Part shown: piece by piece, positions 35,757 through 49,242 of the stretch | Layout of the letters: each line of letters opens with the position of its first letter | Position numbering within the stretch: the stretch's first letter is position 1 | Assembly (NCBI GenBank): GCA_003693705.1 | Contig: RBZT01000419.1 | Coordinates: 124,001 to 188,000, forward strand | DNA length: 64,000 bases | Direction: 5' to 3' | From: Polymyxa betae A26-41 | Lineage: Eukaryota > Protista > Endomyxa: Phytomyxea | Notes under the pieces: generated by a model | Told to the model about the DNA's origin: nothing | The model's input: the letters and a program-made list of their open reading frames with translations, nothing else | Databases searched by the model: none | Program-made: the position numbers and the translations under genes

Positions 35757-36465
35757 CTGTTTTGCGAGAAACAATCTGTTGAAGCTCGCTAATGTATGCT
35801 ATAGCACACTAGATGTGCAGAGGTAATGATTATCATAACAATGGGACAGGTCAAAAGAAGGACACTATAACGGAGAACGGCGTAGCCTCCTTCAATGTCA
35901 CACGGACTGCGTAGACGCAACTTGATACTGGCCTCTGTATCATTTCATGGAAACAAAGTACAAACTGTATCGCACTAAGTTTAAGAAGTGATATTCTGTG
36001 CGTGTGTGCGGCCAGGCCATTTAATTAACGTATTATTACAGGGTATCAAATGATATAGTCAGCAGTACGTGAGTTTGACAGGGATGTCGTTCTGTGCAGT
36101 AAAACTTGGCAGTAAACCAATATTATTAAGCACGACACCCGTCTATAGACAATGATTAAAATGACACGATATGCAATCTGAGATCATGTTTTGGTCACGA
36201 TTATTCATTATCAAAAATGAACATACACCGGGAACCCAATTACGGAAAATAGACTCATAGAAGCTGCGTTTACTCTAGTTAATGCTATGCGACGAGGTTC
36301 TTCCTTCCTGCATTAAACAATGCTCACGATGATGCTATATTTCCACAGCGTCAGAAAAAACTCTTGCTGTAGAGAGAAATATAATGGTGGAAGGATCGAG
36401 TCGATCAGAGTACATGTATGTAATAATCAAGGATCAGTTAGACGGCGACCATATCAATCCAAATC

Positions 36466-39400
36466 ATGTCTCATGCCATGTTTGATCGGAAATGGCAGTC
36501 TGCAATGGAACAGCTTTCTGATTTAGTTTATGTTGAGAATCCTGATGGCACTTGGGACGAGACCGGCGCTCCGATCACAAATCCAAATCTATCTCAGCCT
36601 GGATCATCAGCCCCGAATGTCGTCACGAGAGAATTTGCGTTTCGACATTTTGCCATTCTTTATATTCGATATGCGCAAGTGTATAAAGATTTGCAATTAG
36701 CATATGATCAAATCGTAGGATTAACATATGCACTTAAATATAAACTTTTGAAACTCCAGAATTTAAGGTGCATCCTCAAAAGAGACGAGATATTCGAATT
36801 GCTCTTGATGCTGCTATGACTCGACTTTTACAGGTGGCTTAATACTGCAGAGATTGCACATTTAACCTTATAACAGAAATAGGTTAAGAGTCAGTTATCA
36901 GGATTTAACTTAGCTGCACCTGGAAGTGATTATGTCAATCTGAACGCCCTCGTAGAGGAGCTCAAGATGACCCCATACGATCTCGAATTACCAACACCAT
37001 TGTTCTTTCGTGAATTGGAGCCTTCATCCCAGTCCGCTCAGTGCAGATGTAAATAACTCTAATTGATACTGAGATCTTATTATGATATGATTTGGTTATA
37101 GCATTACTGGCTGCATCTCTTGAGCAATATGGTCTATCAAGTACTGCTGAAGAAGTCACATCTCCCATCGAGGTTCTCTCTCTCTTCTTCAACTTTGCTA
37201 ACATTTGATGAAATTTAATAGATCACATTGCCAACAATGACGCTAGACGACGCTATTCGAATAATACAAAAGAACGAGCGTGGACGTCAAGGTCTGGCCC
37301 GAGGTCGAATGCTTAAAGCGTTAGCTTTGGAGCACAAGAAGCGACGTGCTGTGCAAACTGGAGATATTGATCCGGTTGGTTTCGATAGCTTATTAAGATG
37401 GTTTCACTCATATCATGAACAGGTATCAGCTGTATTAACATTGCAGCGGTGGTTTCGAGGAATGCTGGCCCGAATTCGAGCCAGATCTGAAAATAGTCGC
37501 GAGCTGAAATTCTTAAAAATGGTTCCGAATAATGGGAGCAGTCATGGTATCGTATTAGATCAGAATTCGGCCATAGAACACCATCAAACTCTACGAGCTG
37601 TTCGTGATGTTCATGAAACTCGAGTTCAGCTCAGACGTGATTATGAGCTTGAATATCTCGATCAAATCGAACAGACTAAGAAAACAGGCACGTGATCGGT
37701 CTGGAAAGCTCAAACATTTGTTTGATTCAAATTTAGTCGAATCTGTACGAGGACCTCAGTTCCGAGAAAAAATGTGGATCGAACGTTATGAATGGTGGAT
37801 TGAGCAAAAGGAGAAGCTGGGCGTCGAGCATGAGAACTTTGATGAATTTTACGCCATGAAGAACCCACCAGCTGCTCCAGAAAATGTTGATCCTGAAGAG
37901 GAACAGGTGACGAAGATGATTCAGCTCTGGCTGTAGCCTAATTATAGTCTGTGTTAGGCTGACTCCAAAAGAGGAGGAAAAGGCAAAAAGGAGAAGGATG
38001 GCAAGAAAGGTGCAAAGAAAGACGGGAAGAAGGGCAAGAAAGGTGAAAGTGAATCAGGAGGCAGCGATGATTCTCTGCCATATTCAGTTCTGATTGGACC
38101 AACGCCTACGATTGGAGATTTATATCGTTGCGTTAAGAGATACACCGATTTTTGGGCAAAACTTGATGAATCGAAAAATTTCAAACAGGCAGCAGATCCC
38201 GATATCACAGCTGAGAAGGTCGAACGCCTCATACGTATGGATGGTTATTTATACGTTTTTAGGTGACACCTGAAATTGTAGAAAAGATCAGAAGAAATGT
38301 GGATACAGAGCTCATTGCTGTGTTAGATAATCTGAAACTTCAGGTTCCGAATCCGATTTCATGAGGCTTTTGTATAATATCTTTTAGGTTCAAATGAGGC
38401 TAGAAGAAGAAAATGCTAAAAGTGGAAAAAAGGGCAAAAAAGGAGCAAAAGGAAAAGCAGGCAAATCCAAGGTTGAAACGGCTCCTGAGTCAACCTGAAT
38501 TTATCTAAAGAAGTAGTTTAGGCAAGTAAGAAAGGCGGTAAGGGCAAGAAAGGTGACACAACAGCCAAACTGAAGAAATGCTGTGATGGAGAGAAAGCTC
38601 TGGGTGATATGACATTAGCTCAATGTATTGATGAACTTGTTCGACTTGGAATCGCCCAAATGTTGCCTGAAAACACCAAAACAATTCAAGATTTCGTTGG
38701 AGATTACAACTATCTTGGTGATCAATATTGAAGTAATGGAATGGATCTATTTCCTGACTTGTTGATAGGAGCTGAATATGAAAATGCTGGGATCTCACCT
38801 GATCCATCATTTGCACAAATAAGATCTTTAGTGACCGAATCGCTTATTATACCTCTTGGTAGTCCTTGTGTTAAACAGAACTCACCAATGTCATTCATAT
38901 CTCTTCAATGTGTCTTCATTTGCTGAATGCTAAATTAGATGCAATGCTGCATTGTTCTATGGGCCTGAAGGATCTGGAAAGACCATGCTGTCAAAGGTTT
39001 GTGAACTTTTTCCAGCTTCCCACAAACGAAAGTTAAAATTGCTGTATGCAGGCTGTTGCCTGGCATACCAATTCATTGTGGTTGGATTTGTCACCAAAAA
39101 CGCTCGATAAAAAGCTGGGCAGCACTAAACAGGAAATTGGCCGATTGGTTCATATGCTGTTTCATGTTGCCAAACAATCAGCTCCATCTGTGATCTATAT
39201 TGATCAAGTCAGTATCAAAAGAGGTCATTGAAGCTATCATCTTGATCGTAGATTTAGATAGAGCAAATGTTTACTGCTGTGTCAAAGAAGAAATCTAGCA
39301 GCGCCAATGCTGGGAAGTTGGAAACACCTGGTGCTGAAGAGATTATCAAAATTAAGAAAGAGTTTCTAGCACATCGCGATGGTTTGACAGAATCAGACCG

Positions 39401-40115
39401 GATTCTGATCATAGGTCGGTTTTGGCTAAAAAATTAGTTTTGAAATGTTTAGCAATGTGCAGGAAACAGTTCGAATCCGTTCGGCGATAATGTAGATCAA
39501 GCGGAAATGAAATCCTTCTTCAAAGAAAAAGGGAAAATGATATTTACACCATTTCCTGATTATGGAACAAGATTTCGTCTCTGGAAAACATTTATTCTAA
39601 AGGTTTGAATGTTGCGCTTGTGACCAAATTCTATATATGAAGTTCGATCATAACAGGCTGGAGTCAATATATTTGCTTTAACACAAACTAAGACCAGATT
39701 CGATCTTGGAACTTTGGTTTATGTATCACATGGATATAGCGCTGGAAGCATTCAAGCTGCTGTTCAGTCCGTTTTATCAACTAGACGAGTTGCCAAAGTA
39801 GATCCCTTCGTATATTCTCACAACTTTAGATTTACTAATTCACTATTAGCTGGACGAGAAATGTAAATCGACGATAACGATAGACGAGTTTATCACTGCT
39901 CTGTCCAAGATGCCTTATACTTACAAAGATCAGCACGGAAATTTTAAGGATTTCACTGAGGTGCAATAATTTGCTTGCTGATGGACTTTACTCTTATCAT
40001 GTTATTGCAGGATATCACAGGTGTGAAGCAGCGCAAGGCCCTAGCAGCAGCTAGCGCTGCTGCCGAAGAAAAGGCAGCCAGTGAATCCAAAGATTCCAAA
40101 AAGAAAAAGAAATGA
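36466..40115 (+). CDS. IQCA1: Dynein regulatory complex subunit 11 (IQ and AAA domain-containing protein), multi-exon
   Basis: MSHAMFDRKW; LYIRYAQVYKDLQLAYDQ|VHPQKR; IIQKNERGRQG; IQ motif LQRWFRGMLAR; Lys/Gly-rich linkers; LFYGPEGSGKT Walker A; PSVIYID. Confidence 0.92.
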
Positions 40116-40358
40116 GTTAAATGAAGGGATAGTCTCATTGTATACTTTAGCAGATTCTTGCATTGAACGGCAGAATTCTTCCAATAATCACATATTTGTT
40201 CTAAAATCAATCGAAATTCTGACTAGCCATACGCCCAGTTGTACAGAGATCAGCCAGAGAGGGCTTTAGACTTATGGAAGATGCAAGCAAGGAATCGATC
40301 CAAGCTGATAACGAATATACTACAAGAATATGAAATGTGAGTAGATGGTTTTTATTAT

Positions 40359-41659
40359 TCAGAGATCAATTATTTGAAGATATCCATCAGTAGTTGCACA
40401 TATAATAGTTCTATTGGTAGTCCATGACAATTTCAATATACCACTATTATGAACTCGAATCTTTCTCAGTAATCGACCTGATGATATTCGGAAGATGGAG
40501 ATACAATTATCAAAGGATCCTGTAGCCACCATTGATTCATCTGGCGATATCTGCAGAGTTCGAATCCATTCTCTACTCTTCAGATCACGTTCTGATTGAC
40601 CATTGACCATGTTCCAGACCTATAGTTAGGGTTTACAAGAACAGCCTCTCATTGGTTCCTATTTCCAACCTTTACAGTTTGATCCTTGGAGCATGTTATT
40701 AGCAAGGCTTGTGATGGGCATGTAGCCAGATCCAGGATGAAATCTTTATGTGAATGTATGGTGTGTTTAATCTGAGCTGTTGATGTGTTTGTTAGAACCC
40801 AGATATGAACCTGTCTCATAAATCAGAACATGTTATTGACAAGATGAAGAATGTGCAGAACTTTGTTATCTAGACCACCAGTAACAACTTGATGTCCATA
40901 ATTACTAAATGCTACACATTTCACCCATCCTTGATGTCCATGTAATACATGGGTACATTTACCAGTTCGGGTCTCCCAGATACGAACTGTACAATCCATG
41001 CTGGCAGAAGCTAAACGTCGGAAATCATTGCTAATAGCACCATGAAGGATGGCGTCATGATGTCCTGTTAGAACAGCCTCACACATTGCTGTTCGACTAT
41101 TCCAGATCCTTGCGAATCGTCATATTTCTATGCAAGCGAATATGATGGTATTGGACGAACCTGAGTGTTCCATCGAAGCTTGTAGAATAGATATGAAGAT
41201 CATATTGTGAGAATGAGCACCATGTTATACATGATTTATGTCCAACTAATTGTCCATGACATGATCCTGTCTTTGTATCCCAAATACGACATAATCCATC
41301 AGCACCTCCAGTTACTATATAATCACTATTTAATTGACCACATCCGATGGCTTTAATTCCTCCATCATGAGCTGCTATACGAGATGGTAATACAAGGATA
41401 TCAAGACCAGCTAGAATATCATCTGATCAATCGCTTACAATGCTGAAAAACAGGGTCCAGATCAGAGTCTACCTAGCAACGATGTTTTACGAATTAATTG
41501 TCGAGCTGGTTGCCAGTATGGACCTCGGGCAATTCCAACAAACGACAATGAGAAGATGTTGTCTTTGACGAACGAGGTACAGACAGAACCAAACAATTGA
41601 TCAAGTAATGGAAGCCCTAATCTAACTAGTTGTGATGACATATTGATCATAGCTGCCAT
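40359..41659 (-). CDS. WD40-repeat protein, multi-exon
   Basis: VTGGADGLCRIWD; LASASMDCTVRIWE; GHQGWVKCVAFS; ATGSFDNCISIF. Confidence 0.85.
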
Positions 41660-41739
41660 AGCACTTGCATATACTCTACACATTCAATTAATCAATGAAT
41701 TGTATCAACCAGGATAATCATGACCTTGACTGTTCCATT

Positions 41740-42645
41740 AATTCAGATATAGCTAAAGCAACTAATTGACATTGACTTGCTAATAAATACAAATCCATGA
41801 TATCAGAAGCTCCAGATATGCAGAGACGAAACTGTTCCAGCCATTCCATCAACTGATTTACTGAATATGTCTCAGTTGTTGCTCGCTTCTAGAATATCAT
41901 TAGCGGTCTGTCTCTGCTTTGTTAGCAGCGAGCTACAGACCTCCGACTCAGAAAATGGATCTATTGCAACTGGTGCACGAAGTGCTTCAACTGGATCAGA
42001 TATTCCTCCAGGTTTAGCATTCTACAAGATTGTTAAATCGATCAGAATTTAACAATAATAACAGAGTAGCACCTCTTGATCATCACCAATAATTTCATCA
42101 TATTCTACACTAAAACCATAATCTTCACTTTCATTTTCATTGAAATTTCGGAGCACTTTTTCCAACATCTCCAAATGATGTTTGTTTTTCAAATTCAGAT
42201 TTGGCACCTTCTTCCGCTTCTCAATAAATGTTTCTTGTAAGGCAAATGCTGGCTTTAACTGTCGAAAAATTTGCATATGCAGCTTGGCACTGCTCCCTAA
42301 GATCTTTCGACCAAGTTTCGCTTCGTCGCTCAATGACAATTTCAATACGGTTTGGGTGGCACCTTGAGTACTTCGTTTAATTCCCTCAACAAACTCAATC
42401 AAGTCATCTTCTAAGAGATCAACTTTACTGCATGCATAGCTATTCGGACGAGGAGTCGACCACAGAAATCTTCCTCGCCTATCTTCGGGTCCGGGTACTC
42501 GACGAAATATTTGTTGTAAGAAACTTGAACCTGTGACCTCGCCTAAAGCACGAAGTTGTGCCAGAAGTCCAAACAGATATCTTGATCTAACAGCACCTTC
42601 TAAGGCACGCTGGCGACGCTGTAATAGACGACGACGTACTGCCAT
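41740..42645 (-). CDS. Hypothetical protein, multi-exon; 3' end approximate
   Basis: Long first exon (ORF 42049-42648) followed by spliceable exons NAKPGGISDPVEAL.. and KRATTETYSVNQLMEWLEQF. Confidence 0.55.
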
Positions 42646-42728
42646 CAAGATATTTGGGATTAAAGATCTAGGTAGTATATAATGGTTTAATAATCAGATC
42701 GGGTAGATCAATGTTGCTATCATGAATA

Positions 42729-43990
42729 TTACGATGGCTTGGAAGGATGCAACTTGTACCGTTGTGCAATCAATAGAAATAGAGCAGTGAATAATAAAAC
42801 CCCAGAAACCAAGACATATATCCAGGCTATGATACTATTCTTAGCACCCATCCAAGACACGGTTGATAATACAATCCATTTCTGTCCATCCGCTATAGGA
42901 TGAATGAAATTATTGTCAATGATAAAAGTTATATTATCTCCAGTTTGCAAGGAAACGTTCAATAACTAAAGATACATTTGATTGATACACTGAGTATGAC
43001 AACGACTGAATCCATCCAATACCTTATAAAGCTTTCGGAATGTGGAATGAGCAGCTGGTTTCATCCAGTTTTGGATGAGAGGGTCTTTTAATAGGGGCAA
43101 CGAGATGGTCTCATTATCTCTCCTTATTTGTCGAGTTTCCTTTATGGACAAACGGCGGATACTGTACTGTGCAAACTTGAAATCAAGAATCAAATAGATT
43201 AAGGTAAAATACCTTGTCCATTTCATTGTCCCAGATAAGAGGTCCAATCCAATAGGAAGATCCAACAATAAATCCAGTATCTGATCTTGATACACTCAGA
43301 TTGAATTGATCATTGAAGAATGAATAAGGTAATAGACCACATGGATAGGGAACCAAACCATCAACTGGAGATCTCGAAAATTTTCCACCGCATGTTGACG
43401 GATCATATGATGTCTACATCCATGTTTTAGACAATCGATTCTGTTAAGAATCTGACAGAGCTCTGACCTGCTCATCAGACTGAACTTGTGATGTACTATA
43501 AGCACTTGAATATGCCCTTGTGTTCTGATTAAAATCTGTTAACCTATAGTACAACGCGATCGGACTCGGCATTGGTTTGTTTACAGTTTGAGATAAGACG
43601 CAAGATGCTTCTGAGCATTTGTCATCATATCGAATCATGATCTAGGTATATCCAGTGAAGATCATAAAGCATATTAGAAAATTACTACCTCTACAATACG
43701 ACCAGATTCAATAAATATAATAGTAGCAATAGCAGCGCATATTAAGCTAAATATCAGCAACGTGGCACTCAGCGTCCGAACCGTAAATTTCGGTTGCCAA
43801 TCGCTGAGAAGCCAAATAACAATTGGCTGATTGATATGATGGGATTGCATGGAATCAGCATGAGTTTGCAGGTGGGCTGGGCCGGTGGCCTGCCCGTTCG
43901 GATTTTCAGTGGGCGCCGTTGCGAATTGGATGAATGGCGTCGGCCGATAATGTTGGATGTCACGGTGAGTGTGGTGAAGATCACGAATGT
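42729..43990 (-). CDS. CDC50/LEM3 family P4-ATPase flippase beta subunit, multi-exon; start approximate
   Basis: WQPKFT..TM1; IRYDDKC; LYYRLTDFNQNTRAY; WMKPAAHSTFRKLY; KWIVLSTVSWMGAKN; C-terminal TM. Confidence 0.9.
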
Positions 43991-44248
43991 CTATCTAACT
44001 GCCCTTCACAATATGAAATGAAAGCGTGATATAGACATGCCCCTCACACATCATCATTGATACATTTATATAATGTTACATTCTCTATCAATATATAACA
44101 TGCAAGATGACGAGTGTTGTCGTATAACGGAGTAGTTTAGTAAAGCCTTATTAGGCTATTACGCAGTATCTGATAATGCGTCTATCACATTATTGTCATC
44201 CAATACTCTCTTCTTCCTTACCTACACCTTCAGTAATCGTCATATCCA

Positions 44249-44841
44249 ATGTCAGATCAGACCGACTTTTATCTACGTTATTAGTATGGCAGCGCTCAAT
44301 TCCTGCTTGAAGACATGCTGAACTTGTTCATAGTGTGGGTCATAAAGGCAAGTTTGGCCACGAATTTCTGGAATTTGAATTCGGTTCTGATGGCAAGCTG
44401 CGATATGCCAATAATTCCAATTATAAGAATGATCGTATGATTCGTAAAGAAGGTATGATACATCGATTACTTTCTGTCTGCTCCTCATGTTTACTGTTCA
44501 GTTTATGTATCACCCAGTGTTCTGAAAGAATTAGCCCGAATCGTTGACAGCTCGGAGATCATGAAGTAAGTGACCACTTTTTTCACACAATACAGAGTGT
44601 AAGACTTTACAGAGAAGATGATTCTAAATGGCCAGTTCCTGATCGTGTCGGTTCCCAGCAGCTGGAAATCGTCATGAATAACGAACATATCTCATTTGAG
44701 ACAGCCAAAATTGGATCATTGATGGATGTTGAAAAATGCAAAGATCCAGAAGGATTCAAGGCGTTCTATTTCTTAGTCCAAGATCTGAAATGTTTAGTAT
44801 TCTCTCTGGTTGGTTTACATTTCAAGATTAAACCCATCTAA
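44249..44841 (+). CDS. MAGOH: Mago nashi, exon junction complex core protein, 4 exons
   Basis: DFYLRYY|[30 protein letters not shown]; ends [11 protein letters not shown]. Confidence 0.98.
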
Positions 44842-45104
44842 TATACTAACTGTTTGTATGTTATATAAAGTTCTCTATCATATTCTCTCTCAATTATTCG
44901 CTTGTAATCTGCCAATATCTGATCTCTTCTCTACAAACATTAATTAATGTAGTCTCACATGAACTATACAGATATGATAACTGTATTTTACTTACTTATA
45001 ACATTGTTCGATAAACATGCTCTTATCAAGTATAGAGGACGGCGCGTGCTTCACTAATACCAGCAGGTTAGTGATGTAGATAATCTTATAGCAATCCTGA
45101 TTCT

Positions 45105-46436
45105 ATGAGAAGGTTCGATTTCATTTCGATTATCGGTTCAGGATCCTATGGTCAAGTACTGAAATGTCGAAATAAAGAGACAGGTCAGATTGTGGCTATA
45201 AAACGTATTCGGCAGAACGGACGAGATCGACGAACACGACAAATAATCGCTGCTGAAGTACAACATGTTTATGAGATCAACTGATTAAATGAGCTTGATA
45301 TTATAGATACGAACATTGAGATCAATAGCTCATAAAAATATCATCAAACTCTTAGATGTATTCCAATCACAACATCATATATCTCTCGTATTTCCATATA
45401 TATCATGTGATCTATTGAATTATCTGCAAAAGTATCCCCAAGGTTTACCACCAAATCAGGTAAAAATGTACATTGACGATATTGTCATAATTTGATGTGT
45501 TGCTTCAAGGTCGAGCATTATATATTTCAGATCTGTGAAGCTGTTGCCTACTGTCATTCAAAGAACATTCTCCATCGAGATATCAAACTGGAGAATCTAC
45601 TTGTGGATAATGATCATGGGCTAAATCCCGTCTTGAAACTCTGCGATTTTGGTTTCGCCAGGTCCTTTCTATAATCGCCTTTTAGAGTAGCAAATATTGA
45701 TGAATGTACAGAAGATTGAATTCAGTTGATGATGATCTGACAAGTTATGTAGCCACACGATGGTATAGAGCTCCTGAACTGTTATTGAGAAGTCGGCATT
45801 ATTCTGCAGCTATTGATGTATTTGCTATCGGATGTATTCTGGTGGAATTAGCTACTGGACAGCCACTGTTTCCTGGACAAAATGATATCCATCAACTGTA
45901 TTAAAATCTGCATTTTATTGGTTTACGATAAACTGAAATTTGAACAGATATCTGCTAAGGAAACATCTGGGACCTTTCACAGCTTCACAATGTGCTCAGC
46001 TACAACAGAATCCCGATCTAATCGCCTTTATTGATAATGATATGAAGTCTGTTGCACTAAATGATTATTTGAATGGAATATTACCACCATTAGCTATATC
46101 ATTTATTAATTCAGTTGTGACTATGGATCCAGAACTTCGTTTGACATCATCACAATGCTTACAACATCCATATTTCAACCAGATCCGATCTCGATCTCAT
46201 TCATCATCACAATCTGTAGTATTAATTCGACCACCTGAAATCTATAATGGCCCTACTGTTAACTCCACAACCAAGTTCGCTTATCACATTAAGAAACCAT
46301 TTCTCAAACATGTTCACAACAAATCAACAGGAAAGTTGCCTGAACTGAAACAACAACGAACTGATTTGGGAAATGTACGAGTGATATCCAGATGATATGG
46401 TAATATATGTCCATGAGTTTCCAGATGATCATCTAG
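45105..46436 (+). CDS. CDKL-family (CMGC) Ser/Thr kinase, multi-exon; 3' end 46395 or ~46436
   Basis: [24 protein letters not shown]; [10 protein letters not shown]; KLCDFGFAR; [16 protein letters not shown]; GQPLFPG. Confidence 0.9.
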
Positions 46437-46479
46437 ATTGTATAGATATCATATTAATAAATATATAAGCAGAGGCGAT

Positions 46480-47385
46480 TCAGAAATCGAGCCATTGTGT
46501 GTAATATTGACAAGATGTTGGTGAGATCTGCCCATTTTGTACACAAGCATGTGATACAACACAGACTGAACATGGTACATGGGCGTACGAAGTCGTCGCC
46601 GGGCCAGTACGGGACAATCGGTACAGCTGTTCATCACGTTTGCGTTTAGTGCCAGAAGATGAGAATGTAGCGCCATGGCTGAGATCTGGAACTTTCTCTA
46701 TAGTAAGATCATAAAGTAATGAATTAATAACCTGTTGGACATCATTGCTTTCTAGTTGTACATTGGAGATTTTAGATGAAGAGATGAAATCACCGATCTC
46801 ATCAGCACTAGCAGCGTCATGTTTCTCAATATATTTCAGACATGCCCGTCTGAGAATTTTCACGAATTCATCATCAAGATCAGCACCGAATGATAATGCA
46901 CCTCCAGTAAGATCTCGACATGGTTCCACATCAAACTTCAGATACACCTTACGATTGTTTTGAACCGATTTAATCTCTTTGACAAGTCGTTTCTGGATTA
47001 AAGCCTTGATTATCTTGGCTACGGCAGGCTGATTTAAGCCAGATTTCGCTCGAAGATCTCGAATCCATATCCCACGATCATGAGACTGCTCAATAAGTCG
47101 ATAGATAAGAACACCTTCGTGATCTAAACCGCTGAATTTCTCGGCCATCTCAACTGAGATGACTTTGTAGAGAATTTCGGTACCTTGCTGAAGCAATACA
47201 AGACGTCCACGGCCGAGCAGAGAATTGATGAGTTCAGCTCGCGTCTCTATTGGAATATTCTCCAGACGTGATTGTAAGACAGAATCTGGCAATCCATCTG
47301 GATGTTCTTCACATAATCGAAGGAATTTGTTCTCTGCCTTAGTGAGCAATGTCTGAGCTACCGATCTATTATCATTGCTGCTCAT
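46480..47385 (-). CDS. POLR3F: RNA polymerase III subunit RPC34/RPC6, single exon
   Basis: Winged-helix repeats (IYRLIEQS..GIWIRDL..KEIKSV..RKVY); C-terminal Fe-S motif PCSVCVV..C....ISP.SCQYY..WL. Confidence 0.93.
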   Translation of the reverse strand: MSSNDNRSVAQTLLTKAENKFLRLCEEHPDGLPDSVLQSRLENIPIETRAELINSLLGRGRLVLLQQGTEILYKVISVEMAEKFSGLDHEGVLIYRLIEQSHDRGIWIRDLRAKSGLNQPAVAKIIKALIQKRLVKEIKSVQNNRKVYLKFDVEPCRDLTGGALSFGADLDDEFVKILRRACLKYIEKHDAASADEIGDFISSSKISNVQLESNDVQQVINSLLYDLTIEKVPDLSHGATFSSSGTKRKRDEQLYRLSRTGPATTSYAHVPCSVCVVSHACVQNGQISPTSCQYYTQWLDF

Positions 47386-47745
47386 AGTCAATAATCAGGA
47401 TGTGATTCAGTACTAACAACGGACTCCGTCACGGCCTTCAATAATACAATAAAAATTTCATCAAATTAGATAAATTATGTTCACAGATCATGATTTCCAG
47501 TAATTATATTGAAATTGAACTATCAGATAACTCGTGGTTATTGTAAACCATGTTTTTGTGGAATATTTCAGTTCTGATTTACTAAGGACGGTTTGTATTT
47601 TAGACAATCGCAACTAACTGTACTTGAATGAGCATGTTCCAGATCGAGTGGTAGTATATGCTGATGTCATTGATATTGTAATCTTTTACTTCTAATCAAA
47701 GTACTATTGATTTAGTGGAATTTATATACGGAGGTGTTTGATCAA

Positions 47746-48153
47746 ATGATGGCGAGCCGGACCTCGTCTAGTCGGACCAACCGAGGTGTATTTACTGGCA
47801 TTCGAGCTCTGGGTCAATGTCAGGGTAGATTAGGTTTAGATGCTAAGCCAAGGAAGTGGACCAAGAAGCCGAAACAGGTCAGCACCATGGTCTTGATGAG
47901 ATGGCAGCCAGAGACCGAGCAGCAGGAGCCTCAAGGTCAACAACGATGGCATCGTCTGAATCGGCCTTTGCAGCCGGCATCCTCAAGACCAAGTCGGCAA
48001 CCGAGAAGTCCCGAAAGAAGTGATCAGGGCCTGGTTATTGATAGCGATGTAAATCAAGACGAGCCTCCTAATCAAGAACTAATTGCATTGGAGACTGATG
48101 TACCTATATCAACACCATTTACTGCTATTACTGATAATAGCACTGTATCTTGA
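47746..48153 (+). CDS. Possible low-complexity hypothetical protein
   Basis: ORF of about 135 aa between AT-rich flanks; no motif. Confidence 0.3.
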   Translation: MMASRTSSSRTNRGVFTGIRALGQCQGRLGLDAKPRKWTKKPKQVSTMVLMRWQPETEQQEPQGQQRWHRLNRPLQPASSRPSRQPRSPERSDQGLVIDSDVNQDEPPNQELIALETDVPISTPFTAITDNSTVS

Positions 48154-48467
48154 CATAACAACAATCAAATTTAATATATATTCATATACAACACTTCTTG
48201 TAAAACATAATCAATTTTCAGTTAGAAGCTGTTTAAGCGACGCCGCATGATGATAGATTGATGAAGACGACCTTCAACATGATCTTTGAATGAGACAAAC
48301 ACATTTTGAGGATATTGTCATACGAGAATGATGCCTAAATTGCATAATAATGTGTTCAATTAAAGGCACAAAAAATATTTGTAACATGTTGAATATGTAG
48401 GACATGATGCATTCCTCTCTGCTCAACATTTTTATAGTTAAGGTGATCTTCATTCATAAGCATCGTC

Positions 48468-49145
48468 ATGGCTGAGGTGCGGTCTCGGCTGGCTTCTATC
48501 CATGGCATATGCAGACTGATTATCAACCACCTAGCTACGTTGGCAGTCCTAGTTTATGGATTCGTAGGTACCCGTCAATGGCAAATTTGAATACGAATCT
48601 TAGCTGAGACCGAATTTTCAGCGGCGTCAATATTTTGTGCCATTTTACCAATAGTGTTGCTTGTATCTTGGATGCTGTCTACATTGTGGAGAAGGCCGAA
48701 GAAATGGAATGCTTCTTCTAAAGTGTCAATATGGCATCGAATGTCGACAAGTAATGCCAATTCGAGCATGTGCCTGAGAGATTATCTACAGTTCCCTTTC
48801 CATTATTACTCCAAAGTATCTGAAATGATCTGGTAAGAGCAATGATTTATTAAACTTTCCAGGTTCAAAAAATTCTCGTACAAAATGCTTTCCACAGGCG
48901 GAGTCCATTGGCTGCTAATCATAAACGTGTTCGATTCGCGCTGGAAAGGAATGAATTCTGGGCAGATAGAGACAGATCTCCCTCTGTCGCCAGCAGTACA
49001 AGTGATATCAGCTATAACAGTGATGATGATTGGGCTTTATCTAATTCAAATCTCCCTCTTTCCTTTTTTTAAAAGATATTCTAAAATCATCTATTTATCA
49101 ATATATTCACCGATAGCTTCAAACCAAATTATGAAAGAAACTTAG
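48468..49145 (+). CDS. Hypothetical multi-pass membrane protein, about 3 exons
   Basis: Hydrophobic exons (HLATLAVLVYGF; SIFCAILPIVLLVSWML; VISAITVMMIGLYLIQISLF) linked by short GT-AG introns. Confidence 0.5.
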
Positions 49146-49242
49146 CTATTAGTCACATGGAGAAACAGTTTTTTATAACTTATGTAGGTCTATAGACTAC
49201 TAGTTAGATTATATATAGTTGTTGATGATAGTTAAGTATATA

